NCBI GenBank assembly: GCA_947630575.1
Contig: CANRIB010000006.1
Location: 1-50,031, forward strand
Direction: 5' to 3'
DNA: 50,031 nucleotides
DNA from: an uncultured Bacilli bacterium
Lineage (GTDB): Bacteria; Bacillota_I; Bacilli_A; RF39; UBA660
Shown: positions 19,188 through 29,083 of the stretch, piece by piece
How positions within the stretch are numbered: the first letter of the stretch is position 1
Layout: each line of letters begins with the position of its first letter
Notes under the pieces: model-generated
Seen by the model: the letters and a program-made list of their open reading frames with translations, nothing else
What the model was told of the DNA's origin: nothing
The model's database searches: none
Made by a program: the position numbers and the translations under genes

Positions 19188-19757
19188 ATGAGAAAACTAT
19201 TTTTTATTCTTTTAACAATTATTGGGCTAACTAGCATGCCAATTAACTCATATGCTAGTGAAAAAGAAATAACTATATACTTTTTTAGAGGTTATAACTG
19301 TATTCACTGTGAAGGCTCTTTAGAGTATCTAAATAATCATAAAGATGAAATACCTACTAATATTAAAATTGTTACTTATGAAGTTTGGAAAAACAAAAAT
19401 AATGAAAAATTACATCAAGAATTAGTAAAAAAATTAGAAGTTCCTGAAGACAACTCCGACAGTGTCCCTTTCTTAGTTATAGGTAATGAATATATTGTTG
19501 GTATGGATGGTACTAAAGAAGATTTTGATAAAGTCATGAGTTTAGCTGAAAGCTTTGAAGAAAAAGATTATGAAGACGTTGTGGCGGCCACAACCAAAGA
19601 AATGACTAAAGAAAACAAAGATATTAAATTTAAAAGTATTACTTTAGAAAAACTCTTTGGTGGTACAAGCAAAACCGTAACTTATATTGTTTTAGGAATA
19701 TTTGCGGCTATTGTTCTTGGATTTGTTGGTATGATTTTATTCTCTCGTAAAAATTAG
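19188..19757 (+). CDS. Exported, membrane-anchored thioredoxin/glutaredoxin-fold protein
   Basis: Signal peptide, 'YFFRGYNCIHC' CxxC, cis-Pro motif 'SVPFLVIG', C-terminal TM. Confidence 0.75.
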   Translation: MRKLFFILLTIIGLTSMPINSYASEKEITIYFFRGYNCIHCEGSLEYLNNHKDEIPTNIKIVTYEVWKNKNNEKLHQELVKKLEVPEDNSDSVPFLVIGNEYIVGMDGTKEDFDKVMSLAESFEEKDYEDVVAATTKEMTKENKDIKFKSITLEKLFGGTSKTVTYIVLGIFAAIVLGFVGMILFSRKN

Positions 19758-19836
19758 AGAGCTATAAATAATGTTAAACTACTTTAATTAGTAGTTTTTT
19801 TTTGATATAATATTAGGTACGTAAGGATGTGATAAA

Positions 19837-20277
19837 ATGAAAGTAATATTACTCGCAGATGTCCGTAAAGTAGGCAAAAAAGACGAAGTAATTGAAGTAA
19901 GTGATGGTTATGCTAACAATTATTTATTAAAAAATAAACTTGCTGTCCCATTTACTAAAAGAAGTAATGAAGTTTTAAATAGAGAACTAGATAAAAAGAA
20001 AAGCGAAGAAGAGAAAAAAATTGCCGAATGTAATGCCATAAAAAAAGAATTAGAAAACAAAATATTTTCTTTTAAAGTAAAAACTGGCAGTGAAGATAAA
20101 GTTTTTGGCAAAGTTTCTACTAAACAAATCGCCGCTGAATTAAAAGATAAAGGCTACAATATTGATAAAAAATGTATCACTTTAGAACATGATTTAGATA
20201 CTTTAGGAATTCATGAAGTATTGATATCCTTACATAAAGAGGTAAGTTTTAAAATAAGAGTAAAATTAAGTAAGTAG
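19837..20277 (+). CDS. rplI: 50S ribosomal protein L9
   Basis: MKVILLADV..VGKK.EVIEVSDGYANNYL. Confidence 0.97.
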   Translation: MKVILLADVRKVGKKDEVIEVSDGYANNYLLKNKLAVPFTKRSNEVLNRELDKKKSEEEKKIAECNAIKKELENKIFSFKVKTGSEDKVFGKVSTKQIAAELKDKGYNIDKKCITLEHDLDTLGIHEVLISLHKEVSFKIRVKLSK

Positions 20278-20285
20278 GTGATAAA

Positions 20286-21644
20286 ATGGCAAACAGAACT
20301 CTTCCTCATGATAACGAAGCAGAAATGAGTGTTTTAGGGGTTGCATTTTTAAGTAAAGATGCTCTTGAGCATATTAGTGATGAAGTAACAGAAGACTTAT
20401 TTTATAATGATAAGAATCGCCTAATATTTAATGCCATTATGAGCCTTTATAAAGAAAATAGTCCTGTAGATTTAACAACTGTTAAAGCTGAATTAGACAA
20501 GAAAAAAGAGTTTAATGAAATTGGGGGCTTAACTTATTTAATGGAAGTTATCGACTCTGTTGTTACCACTGCAAACTTAGGCTATTACATTAAAATATTA
20601 AAAGACCACGCTGTAAGACGTCGTCTAATTAATACTGCAACAGATATTATTACTAATTCTTATAATGATGAAAATATAACCGGCTTATTAGATGAAGCGG
20701 AAAGAAACATATTAAATGTTGTTAAAGTAAGAGAAACAAGTGAATTTGTTCCTATTCATGAAATATTACGTCGCGCGGAAGAAAGACTTGAAGAATTAGC
20801 TAAAAATAAAAGTGATATAACTGGTATTCGAACAGGTTTTTATGATTTAGATCGTGCTACTGCCGGTCTTCACGGTGGTGAGTTAATAATTCTTGCCGCT
20901 CGTCCAGGTATGGGAAAAACTGCTTTTGCCCTAAATATTGCCACCAATGCTGCCTTTACTACTGATAAAGCTATTGCCATATTTAATCTTGAAATGTCTG
21001 CCGAAATGCTTGTTAATCGTATGATTGCCAGTGTTGGAGGTATAGATTCTTACAAATTAAACACTGGTAAATTAGAACATAATGATTGGAAAAGATATAA
21101 TGAAGCAATGAGTAAACTTGCAACCACTAATATTTTTATTGAAGATAATGCTAGTATTACCGCTCCCGAGATTAAAGCAAAATGTCGTAGGTTAGCTTCA
21201 ATGCCTCAAGGGTTAGGCTTAGTAGTTATCGATTATTTACAATTAGTTACTACTGGATCAAATCGGGTAGAATCTCGTCAAGTAGAAGTATCTGAAATAT
21301 CTCGTAGTCTTAAAACAATGGCTTTAGAATTAGATGTCCCGGTAATTGCTCTCGCTCAATTATCAAGAAGTGTCGATAAAAGAGAAAATAAAGAACCTGC
21401 CTTAGTAGATTTAAGAGAATCAGGTTCTTTGGAACAAGATGCTGACTTAGTATTATTTTTAAATCGTAAAGATTACTATGAAGCCAAAAGTGAAAAAAAA
21501 GAAACTATTGTCCCCATTGATGTCATAATTGCTAAACATCGTAAAGGTTCTACTGGCCTATATCGTTTATTATTTGAATTAAATATGAGTAATTTTAAAA
21601 ATTATTTAAACCCTGAAAATATAAAAGAGGTGTCTTATGAATAA
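20286..21644 (+). CDS. dnaB: Replicative DNA helicase
   Basis: PH..EAE.SVLG, AARPGMGKT, IDYLQL, LAQLSR, DLRESGSLEQDAD. Confidence 0.97.
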   Translation: MANRTLPHDNEAEMSVLGVAFLSKDALEHISDEVTEDLFYNDKNRLIFNAIMSLYKENSPVDLTTVKAELDKKKEFNEIGGLTYLMEVIDSVVTTANLGYYIKILKDHAVRRRLINTATDIITNSYNDENITGLLDEAERNILNVVKVRETSEFVPIHEILRRAEERLEELAKNKSDITGIRTGFYDLDRATAGLHGGELIILAARPGMGKTAFALNIATNAAFTTDKAIAIFNLEMSAEMLVNRMIASVGGIDSYKLNTGKLEHNDWKRYNEAMSKLATTNIFIEDNASITAPEIKAKCRRLASMPQGLGLVVIDYLQLVTTGSNRVESRQVEVSEISRSLKTMALELDVPVIALAQLSRSVDKRENKEPALVDLRESGSLEQDADLVLFLNRKDYYEAKSEKKETIVPIDVIIAKHRKGSTGLYRLLFELNMSNFKNYLNPENIKEVSYE

Positions 21645-23130
21645 AAAAAGTATTATCATAACCATAATTTCTCTCGCCATTGTAGTTTTACTTTTAACTG
21701 TTGAAAGTGCATCAAAATTAGCTTTAAAAATTAATACTTTTTATCAAGTATATTTAAATGGTGAAAAAATCGGTTTAATAACTAATAAAGATGAACTATA
21801 TAAATTAATAGACAATAATCAAAGTTCTATTAAAAAAGAATATAAAGTAAATACTGTTTATCCACCCACTGATTTAAAAATTGTTCCTACTAATTCTTAT
21901 ACTGCTACTGCTGATAAAGTAGAGGATATATATAATTTAATTGAAGCTAAAGATGATTTTACTATTAAAGGTTATAAAGTAACTATTTATGGTAATGATA
22001 AAAACTATACTATAAATGTTTTAGATAAAGAAGTATTTTATGAAGCTGCCAAAAGATTTGTAAGAGCTTTTTTAGACCAAAACGAATATGAAAAATATAT
22101 TAATAATGAACAAGAAGAAATCGTGGAAACTGGTCGTATTATTAAAAATATGAAGTTTCTTGAAAATATTTATATCAAAGAAGATTATTTAAGTGTTAAT
22201 GAAAAAATATACACTGAAGAGCAAGATTTAAGTCACTTTTTATTATTTGGTAGTGACCCAGAAAATGAAGAATATACCGTTAAACTTGGAGATACCATCA
22301 AATCTGTCTCAGAAGATAATAAATTAAGTGTCGAAGAATTTTTAATTGCCAACTCCAGTTATAAATCCGAAGATACTTTACTTCGAGTTGGTGACACCGT
22401 AAACGTAACCTTAATTGATCCTCAATTAACATTTGCATATGAAATATATGATGTTTACAATCAAGTAGATTATTATACTAAAGAAACAGTTCGTGATAGT
22501 AATAAAAATATTGGTTATTCTGAAATTACTACTCGTGGTCAAAATGGTTTAGTTCGTTATTCAGAAACTTATACTATAACTAATGGAGTAAGACCTCAAG
22601 GTGCCGAACCCGTTAAAATTGCCACTTTAATTGAAACTGTAAATCAAATAACTACTGTAGGTACTCGTAACCCTAATCCATATGTTCCAGTTGATCCATT
22701 AATTATTGATGGTGATTGGGGCTGGCCTACAAATAAAGGCTATATCATTACTAGTTTCCGTGGTTGGCGATGGGGAGCTTTCCATGCTGGAATTGATATT
22801 TCTGGTGCTGGTAACTTTAATTCTCCTATTTTTGCTGCCGCCGATGGAGTCGTGGAATATGCCTATAATGGTTGTCCATCTAGAGGTTCAGGACTTGGCG
22901 ATAAATGTGGTAATAGTCTTGGTAACTCTATCCGTATCAATCATGAAAATGGTTATACGACAAGATATGGCCACATGACTAACAACTTATTAGTTAAAGT
23001 AGGGGACCGGGTAACCAAAGGTCAAAAAATTGGCTTTATGGGTTCCAGTGGTGATTCATCCGGACCTCACTTACACTTTGAAGCAGCCTATAATGGTACT
23101 ACCTTTAATCCATTGGAGTTGTATCAATAA
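21637..23130 (+). CDS. M23 peptidoglycan endopeptidase with LysM and G5-like domains
   Basis: LysM 'YTVKLGDTI.SVS.DN.LS.EE...AN'; M23 HAGID, YGHM, SSGPHLHFE. Confidence 0.9.
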   Translation: MNKKSIIITIISLAIVVLLLTVESASKLALKINTFYQVYLNGEKIGLITNKDELYKLIDNNQSSIKKEYKVNTVYPPTDLKIVPTNSYTATADKVEDIYNLIEAKDDFTIKGYKVTIYGNDKNYTINVLDKEVFYEAAKRFVRAFLDQNEYEKYINNEQEEIVETGRIIKNMKFLENIYIKEDYLSVNEKIYTEEQDLSHFLLFGSDPENEEYTVKLGDTIKSVSEDNKLSVEEFLIANSSYKSEDTLLRVGDTVNVTLIDPQLTFAYEIYDVYNQVDYYTKETVRDSNKNIGYSEITTRGQNGLVRYSETYTITNGVRPQGAEPVKIATLIETVNQITTVGTRNPNPYVPVDPLIIDGDWGWPTNKGYIITSFRGWRWGAFHAGIDISGAGNFNSPIFAAADGVVEYAYNGCPSRGSGLGDKCGNSLGNSIRINHENGYTTRYGHMTNNLLVKVGDRVTKGQKIGFMGSSGDSSGPHLHFEAAYNGTTFNPLELYQ

Positions 23131-23894
23131 TGAAAATATGTATTTTAGCAAGTGGTTCAGGGGGCAATTCTACTTATATAGAAACAAATAATTATAAAAT
23201 TTTAGTAGATATAGGTAAAAATCGTAAATATATTGTTGATAAACTAAAAGAAATAAATGTTAATGCCGAAGATATTGATTATATCTTTATCAGTCATCTT
23301 CATGTTGATCATATCTCTGCTTTAAAAACATTTATTAAAAAATATCATCCCACAATTGTTATATCCAAATCTATGTTTCAAGAGCTAGAAGATATCCATG
23401 ATTATGAGCATATTTTAATTTATGATGATGAAGTAATACTAAACAACCTACGTGTTACCTGTATTCACTCTAGTCATGATGCTACAGATTCTCGTAATTT
23501 TCTCTTTGAAAGTGATAATCATTCGGTAGTATATGTAACCGATACAGGTTATGTTAATCAAAAGAATTTTAAATATTTACAAAACAAAGAAGTATATTTA
23601 TTTGAAAGTAATCATGATATTGAAAAATTACAACATGGACCATATCCTGACTGGCTAAAAAAAAGAGTTTTATCGGACTATGGTCATTTAAGTAATAATG
23701 CCTGCAGTGTTTATCTAAGTAAATTAATTGGCAATAATACCAAAAAAATTTATTTAATGCACTTATCTAAAGAAAATAACTCTGAAGAATTAGCTCTAAA
23801 TGAAATTCATCATGTCTTTAATGATTATCATATTGAATTTGATGATATAACCTGTGCTAAACCAAGCGAAGTAAGTGAAGTGATAACCATATGA
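23130..23894 (+). CDS. walJ: Metallo-beta-lactamase fold exonuclease, YycJ/WalJ family
   Basis: LASGSGGN, SHLHVDH, SHDA, TDTGY, ESNHD, GPYP.WLK.RV, GHLSN, HLS.ENN. Confidence 0.85.
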   Translation: MKICILASGSGGNSTYIETNNYKILVDIGKNRKYIVDKLKEINVNAEDIDYIFISHLHVDHISALKTFIKKYHPTIVISKSMFQELEDIHDYEHILIYDDEVILNNLRVTCIHSSHDATDSRNFLFESDNHSVVYVTDTGYVNQKNFKYLQNKEVYLFESNHDIEKLQHGPYPDWLKKRVLSDYGHLSNNACSVYLSKLIGNNTKKIYLMHLSKENNSEELALNEIHHVFNDYHIEFDDITCAKPSEVSEVITI

Positions 23895-24328
23895 TTAAAA
23901 TAATATGTTTAGGAAAATTAAAAGAAAAATATTTAGTAGAATTAGTCAATGATTATCTAAAAAGAATAAACAAATATCATAAAATAGAATTAATAGAACT
24001 AAAAGATGAAGAAAATTTAGAAAGTGAAGCTAAAAATATTAGCAAATATCTAAAACCTCATGATTATATTATAACCTTAGAAATAGAAGGAAAGAAATTA
24101 GATAGTCTAGAATTTGCAAGTTTAATATCGAATACTTTTATTACTAATAGTACAATTACTTTTATAATAGGCTCATCAACTGGTTTAGGAGCAAGTATTA
24201 AAAATAGAAGTAATTATCATTTATCATTTTCTAGTTTAACTTTTCCTCATGGCTTATTTAGAGGAATCTTACTAGAACAAATATATCGTGCTTTTAAAAT
24301 AAATAATCATGAAATGTATCATAAATAA
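23891..24328 (+). CDS. rlmH: 23S rRNA pseudouridine-1915 N3-methyltransferase
   Basis: GKLKEKY, FIIGSS.GL, LSFS.LTFPH.L.R.ILLEQIYRAFKI...YHK. Confidence 0.95.
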   Translation: MIKIICLGKLKEKYLVELVNDYLKRINKYHKIELIELKDEENLESEAKNISKYLKPHDYIITLEIEGKKLDSLEFASLISNTFITNSTITFIIGSSTGLGASIKNRSNYHLSFSSLTFPHGLFRGILLEQIYRAFKINNHEMYHK

Positions 24329-24359
24329 AAAAATTAAAGAAGTAGAGGAGTGAAGTAAA

Positions 24360-25016
24360 ATGATTGGCAATGATTGGGACGAAAAATTATCTATTATTTG
24401 GCATAGTGAGGGGTTTAAAAAATTTTATCATATCGTCGAAGAGGAATATAAAAATAAAACTATATTTCCTCCTAAAGATCATATATTTGATGCTTTAAAA
24501 TTAACCCCCTATAAAGATACTCGAGTTGTAATTGTTGGGCAAGACCCATATCACGGGGTTGGCGAAGCTCACGGTTTATCTTTTTCAGTTCAAAAAGGTG
24601 TTAAAGTCCCTCCATCTCTCCAAAATATTTATAAAGAACTTTATGATGATTTAGGCATACCTCCTAAAAACGATGGGGATTTAACTAATTGGGCAAAAAA
24701 TGGTGTTTTGCTCCTTAATTCCGTTTTAACTGTCGTAAAAGATACACCTGCCTCTCATCGCAAATTAGGTTGGGAACGGCTAACAGACTATATCATTAAA
24801 TTATTAAATGAAAAAGAAGAACCCGTAGTCTTTATTTTATGGGGAAACTTTGCTAAAGAAAAAGCGGTTTTAATAACTAATCCTAAACATTTAATAATTA
24901 CCAGTCCTCATCCAAGTCCTTTTTCGGCTAGATATGGTTTCTTTGGCTCTAGACCATTTAGTAAAACCAATGAATTCTTAAAAAAGAATGGCTTAAAAGA
25001 AATAGATTGGAGTTAA
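24360..25016 (+). CDS. ung: Uracil-DNA glycosylase
   Basis: GQDPYH, PPSL.NIYKEL, GVLLLN, HPSP.SA. Confidence 0.97.
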   Translation: MIGNDWDEKLSIIWHSEGFKKFYHIVEEEYKNKTIFPPKDHIFDALKLTPYKDTRVVIVGQDPYHGVGEAHGLSFSVQKGVKVPPSLQNIYKELYDDLGIPPKNDGDLTNWAKNGVLLLNSVLTVVKDTPASHRKLGWERLTDYIIKLLNEKEEPVVFILWGNFAKEKAVLITNPKHLIITSPHPSPFSARYGFFGSRPFSKTNEFLKKNGLKEIDWS

Positions 25017-25019
25017 AAT

Positions 25020-25136
25020 ATGATTGGTATAAGTATCGCCGCCAAAATTGAATGGCAAACTGTCTTAAATTTTTATCATAAAAGTTTAGATACTTGTTCT
25101 TTATATCCTTTTGGTGAATATTTTATTATTAGCTAA
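25020..25136 (+). pseudogene. 38-codon remnant resembling the N-terminus of a nucleoside phosphorylase / MTA-SAH nucleosidase
   Basis: GGAG SD; MIGISIAAKIEWQTVLNFYHKSLDTCSLYPFGEYFIIS*; not in the ORF track. Confidence 0.4.
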
Positions 25137-25154
25137 AGTTATAAAAATAGATGA

Positions 25155-25706
25155 CTAAATTTTAAAGTCATCTATTATTTCATCATCCATATCTTTCCCA
25201 TCAAAGAATAATTTTAATTTAAATTTATGAATTCTTGCAATAACATTAGTAGGAAAACGTCTAATCATCGCATTTTCTAAACTAGTGTTTTTATTATAAT
25301 AATTTTTTGCCGCACATAATTTTTCATCTAATCTTCTAATTTTTTCTAACTCTTCATTTAACTCTTCATCATCATCTAAACCCAAATCACCTTGCATTTT
25401 TAATATCATCGTAAATCCTTCATTAAGTTTTCTATCCATATCAAAGTTTGATATATTCATTTCATTAAGTTTTTCATATTCTTTAAAATAATTTTTATTT
25501 TCTTTACTTTTATTTTTTAAATTATTACTAATTCTAATCAAACTATCATATTTAATTCTTAAATTCTCATCAATAATACATTCTGCTTCATGTACTTTAG
25601 TTTTTAAATCATTAAGTTTATTAAATGCGGTTATATAAAAAATACCTCCTAAAGAACCAATTATAATTATAATAAGTAAAATAGAAATCCAAAGCATATC
25701 CATCAC
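25155..25706 (-). CDS. LemA-family protein
   Basis: N-terminal TM, 'FNKL..L...V.EA...ID..L..KYD', 'AAKNYYN......N..I..FP.N.IA'. Confidence 0.8.
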   Translation of the reverse strand: MMDMLWISILLIIIIIGSLGGIFYITAFNKLNDLKTKVHEAECIIDENLRIKYDSLIRISNNLKNKSKENKNYFKEYEKLNEMNISNFDMDRKLNEGFTMILKMQGDLGLDDDEELNEELEKIRRLDEKLCAAKNYYNKNTSLENAMIRRFPTNVIARIHKFKLKLFFDGKDMDDEIIDDFKI

Positions 25707-25829
25707 CTACTATAAGTATAACATAAAATCCTTAAAAATAAAATTCTAAAATAATTTCTTTGACAAAACTAAACTAAATTTAACTATGAATATTACCTTT
25801 ATTATGATACAATTACTATAGGTGATAAC

Positions 25830-26330
25830 ATGGAAATAAAAAAACTAGTCTTAGGACCTTTACATACTAATTGCTATTTAGTAATAAAAGAAAATGCTTG
25901 TCTAATAATTGATCCTGCAAGTTCTGCAGATATTATTATTAATGCTTGTAAGTCTTATCAAGTAAAAGGTATTTTAGTAACCCATCATCATTTTGATCAT
26001 ATTGGTGCTCTAAAAGAATTAGAAAACTTTTATCATTTAAAACATAATACTTTTAATGATAATTTTGGTTATGAAATAATAAAAACCCCCGGACATGCTA
26101 GCGATTCTCTAACTTTTTACTTTAAACCTGAAAAAGTCATGTTTACGGGAGATTTTATCTTTTATCATACTTGTGGCCGTTGTGATTTAGAAACATCCAG
26201 CATTAAAGATATGCAAGAAAGTTTAGCAAAAATTAAACAATATCCCGATGATATAACTATTTATCCCGGTCATGGAAAATCTTCTATTCTTGGTGCAGAA
26301 AAAGAATTATTTACCAAATATTTTAATTAA
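25830..26330 (+). CDS. MBL-fold hydrolase (glyoxalase II-like)
   Basis: TNCYLV, THHHFDHIG, TPGH, FTGD, YPGHG. Confidence 0.9.
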   Translation: MEIKKLVLGPLHTNCYLVIKENACLIIDPASSADIIINACKSYQVKGILVTHHHFDHIGALKELENFYHLKHNTFNDNFGYEIIKTPGHASDSLTFYFKPEKVMFTGDFIFYHTCGRCDLETSSIKDMQESLAKIKQYPDDITIYPGHGKSSILGAEKELFTKYFN

Positions 26331-26340
26331 AAAAACGTCA

Positions 26341-26706
26341 CTAAAACGTTTTTTCTGAATAATCATGATTATAGTTTATTCTTTCTTCAAAAGTAACAAA
26401 ATTTAAATATATCATTCTAAGCAACCACCAATCTCCAGTTTTAGGATCACTCATAATTAAATGATCTCGTCCTGCTTCTTCAATTATTCCTTCATAAGTT
26501 TTATCTCGCCAGTCATTAGAATCAGGATAAGAAAAATATGCTTTAACTTTTTTTCCTTTATTAAGTCTTAAAATATTTTCAATATAACTTTGTTCCATAG
26601 GTAAACTAGCGGTACTACTAAAATTAATATTTCCTGGAGGACTTTCTAAAGTTGAAATATTATTATTAGAAGGAAAAGTAGGATTACTAAAAAAATTGCC
26701 GTTCAT
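26341..26706 (-). CDS. gerQ: Spore coat protein GerQ
   Basis: 'EQSYIENILRLNKGK', 'GIIEEAGRDHLI.SDP.TG..LL.MIYL..VTFEE'. Confidence 0.92.
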   Translation of the reverse strand: MNGNFFSNPTFPSNNNISTLESPPGNINFSSTASLPMEQSYIENILRLNKGKKVKAYFSYPDSNDWRDKTYEGIIEEAGRDHLIMSDPKTGDWWLLRMIYLNFVTFEERINYNHDYSEKTF

Positions 26707-26723
26707 ATATCCACCTCTCTAAA

Positions 26724-26750
26724 TTTATATGAATAATTTTCTAATTTATG
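26724..26750 (-). promoter_or_regulatory. sigmaE-like promoter of gerQ
   Basis: Minus strand cATA-15 bp-CATATAAAT; the spacer is one base short of consensus. Confidence 0.45.
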
Positions 26751-26802
26751 TTGACAATTAAATAAAATAATTTTATTATTTTAATAGAAAGTAGGAAACT
26801 AA

Positions 26803-27708
26803 ATGGACCTAAAAAAAATTTTAGAAATAGTAACTGATAAAAATCGTATTCCCAATATCTGCTTCATGATTTTAGGTGTTTTTTTACTCGCCTTAAATTA
26901 TAATTTATTTTTTGCTCCCAATAATTTAGTCACGGGAGGTACCAGTGGTCTTGCCATTGTTTTTAATCAGTTATGGGGTTGGAATAATCAAGTATTTATT
27001 TATATTTCCAGTTTTATTTTATTAATAATTAGTTTCATTGTTTTAGGTGTTAAAAAAACTAAACCCGCGATTGTAGGAAGTATATTATATCCTCTTATGC
27101 TTACTTTTACACTTCCTCTTAGCAATGTTCTTGCCACCCATATTGCTTTTGAAGACTATATAACAACCATTATTTGCACTAGTATTTTATCAGGTTTTGC
27201 TAATGGACTTATCTATAAAACTGGATATAATACAGGTGGTTCAGATATTATCATGAATATAATGGTTAAATATCTTCATATGCCCGAGGGAAGAGCTACC
27301 TTTATTTGTAATTTAGTTATTATTATATTTGCCGGTTTTATTCTCGGTTTAAATCAAATAATTTACGCTATTATCATTATATATATTTCTAGTATCATTG
27401 TAGATCGTATGATAATTGGTATTTCTAAAAGCAAACTATTTATTATTGAAACTTCCAAAATAAAAGAAATAGAAGATGTAATTATCGATAATCTTCATTT
27501 AGGAGTAACGATTTTAAAAGCAAAAGGTGGATACACCAATGAAACTAAAGAACTTCTGATGTGTGCTGTCCCAACCAATGATTATTACATGTTTAAAGAA
27601 ATAATTTTAGCTATCGATGAAAATGCTTTCTTTATTATCAATGATTGTTATGACCTTGAAGGTGGCACCATGAAAAATCGTAATTTTAGTTTAGATTCTA
27701 TTCTTTAA
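26803..27708 (+). CDS. YitT-family membrane protein
   Basis: PNNLVTGGTSGLAI, TGGSDI, GVTIL.A.GGYT, ID.NAF. Confidence 0.9.
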   Translation: MDLKKILEIVTDKNRIPNICFMILGVFLLALNYNLFFAPNNLVTGGTSGLAIVFNQLWGWNNQVFIYISSFILLIISFIVLGVKKTKPAIVGSILYPLMLTFTLPLSNVLATHIAFEDYITTIICTSILSGFANGLIYKTGYNTGGSDIIMNIMVKYLHMPEGRATFICNLVIIIFAGFILGLNQIIYAIIIIYISSIIVDRMIIGISKSKLFIIETSKIKEIEDVIIDNLHLGVTILKAKGGYTNETKELLMCAVPTNDYYMFKEIILAIDENAFFIINDCYDLEGGTMKNRNFSLDSIL

Positions 27709-27738
27709 AGATATAAGTAATTGTATCTTTTTTTATGC

Positions 27739-27767
27739 TTGACACTTATACATATGTTTGCTATAAT
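27739..27767 (+). promoter_or_regulatory. Consensus sigmaA promoter of the ORF6N gene
   Basis: TTGACA-17-TATAAT with extended TG. Confidence 0.85.
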
Positions 27768-27814
27768 TTGATTAGAATAAACAGGGAACAAAATAATAAT
27801 TAGGAGGTTTTGGG

Positions 27815-29046
27815 ATGAATATTAAAATTTATAATCTAAGAAGAGTAGAAGTAGTATTAGATAGTGATTTAGCTTTTATGTATAACTATGAAACTAAATA
27901 CTTAAATAGATTAGTAGCAAGACATAAAGAAAAGTTTTCTGAAACTAATTATTTTAAACTAACAAATGAAGAATTTACATCTTTAAGGTGCCAAAATGTC
28001 ACCTTAAAAACTAGTCGTGGACAACATCGTAAATATCTTCCTTATGTATTTACTAAAGCAGGAATAGAGGTTTTAAGTAGCATTTTAAAAACACCCAATA
28101 AAGAAATAATTACGCAAAATATATTAAAAAATTTTACTCAAGAAAATGTAAATTTATCTTTAATAAAGCCCGTAAAATCAGCCAAAATCGAAGATTTGAT
28201 ATATGAAATAAGAGGAGTAAAAGTCATGCTTGATAAAGACATTGCAAGACTTTTTGGCTATACCACAAAAGAGCTAAATCGTAATGTTAAAAATAATATT
28301 TCGCGGTTTCCTGAGAGTTATTGTTTTCAACTTACTGAAGAAGAATATAGCAACTTGAGGTGCAAAATTTTCACCTCAAGTTTAAATGCTTATGGAGGTC
28401 GAAGATATTTGCCTTATGTTTATACAGAATATGGGGTAACCATGCTCGCCGGCATTTTAAAAAGTGAAGTTGCCGTAAAAGCAAGTATTAGTATTGTTAA
28501 TGCGTTTATAAATATGCGCAGATTTATTTCCAGTGAATTATTAGAACAAAAATATCTAAAAGAATTAATTTTTCAAAATCGTGAAGATATAAAAATATTA
28601 AAAGAAGCCTTTTCTAAATTTCAAAACAAAGAAGAAATTAACACGATTTTTTTGAAGGCGAAATATACGATGCTTACTCTAAACTTCTAGATATAATGCA
28701 AAAAGCCCAAAAAGAATTAATAATAATTGATAATTATGCTGATAAAACCGTTTTAGATATGATTAAAAATTTAAAAATCAAAATAACTCTTATAACTAAA
28801 AAAGATGCCAAACTAAAATCTTTAGATATAACAAAATATAATGAAGAATATCATAATTTAAAAATAGTATATAGTAATTCTTTTCATGACCGGTATATAA
28901 TACTAGATAAAAAAATTATCTATCACTGCGGAGCTTCTCTTAATCATGCCGGTGTTAAAACTTTTTCTCTTAATAAAATTGAAGATAATGATATTATAAC
29001 TCTTTTAATTACTAAAATTAACAATATAATAAATGACAAATCCTAA
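27815..29046 (+). pseudogene. Tandem ORF6N-domain protein with a C-terminal PLD-like domain, split by a 1-nt frameshift in a T7 tract
   Basis: Two 'IY..R.V.V.LD.D.A..Y.Y.TK.LN..V.....F...Y.F.LT.EE...LRC...T...R.YLPYV.T..G' domains; adding one T at 28647-53 gives ...NTIFFEGEIYDAYSKLLDIMQKA..IDNY...HDRYIILD...HCGASLNHAG. Confidence 0.8.
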
Positions 29047-29083
29047 ATATTTGATATAATTATTATATAAAGGTGGTGCTAAA

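Noticed and set aside
1684-29046. Prophage suggested by DUF5131, XRE and ORF6N genes
   Set aside because: These genes are isolated among housekeeping genes; there is no integrase, terminase, capsid or tail gene.
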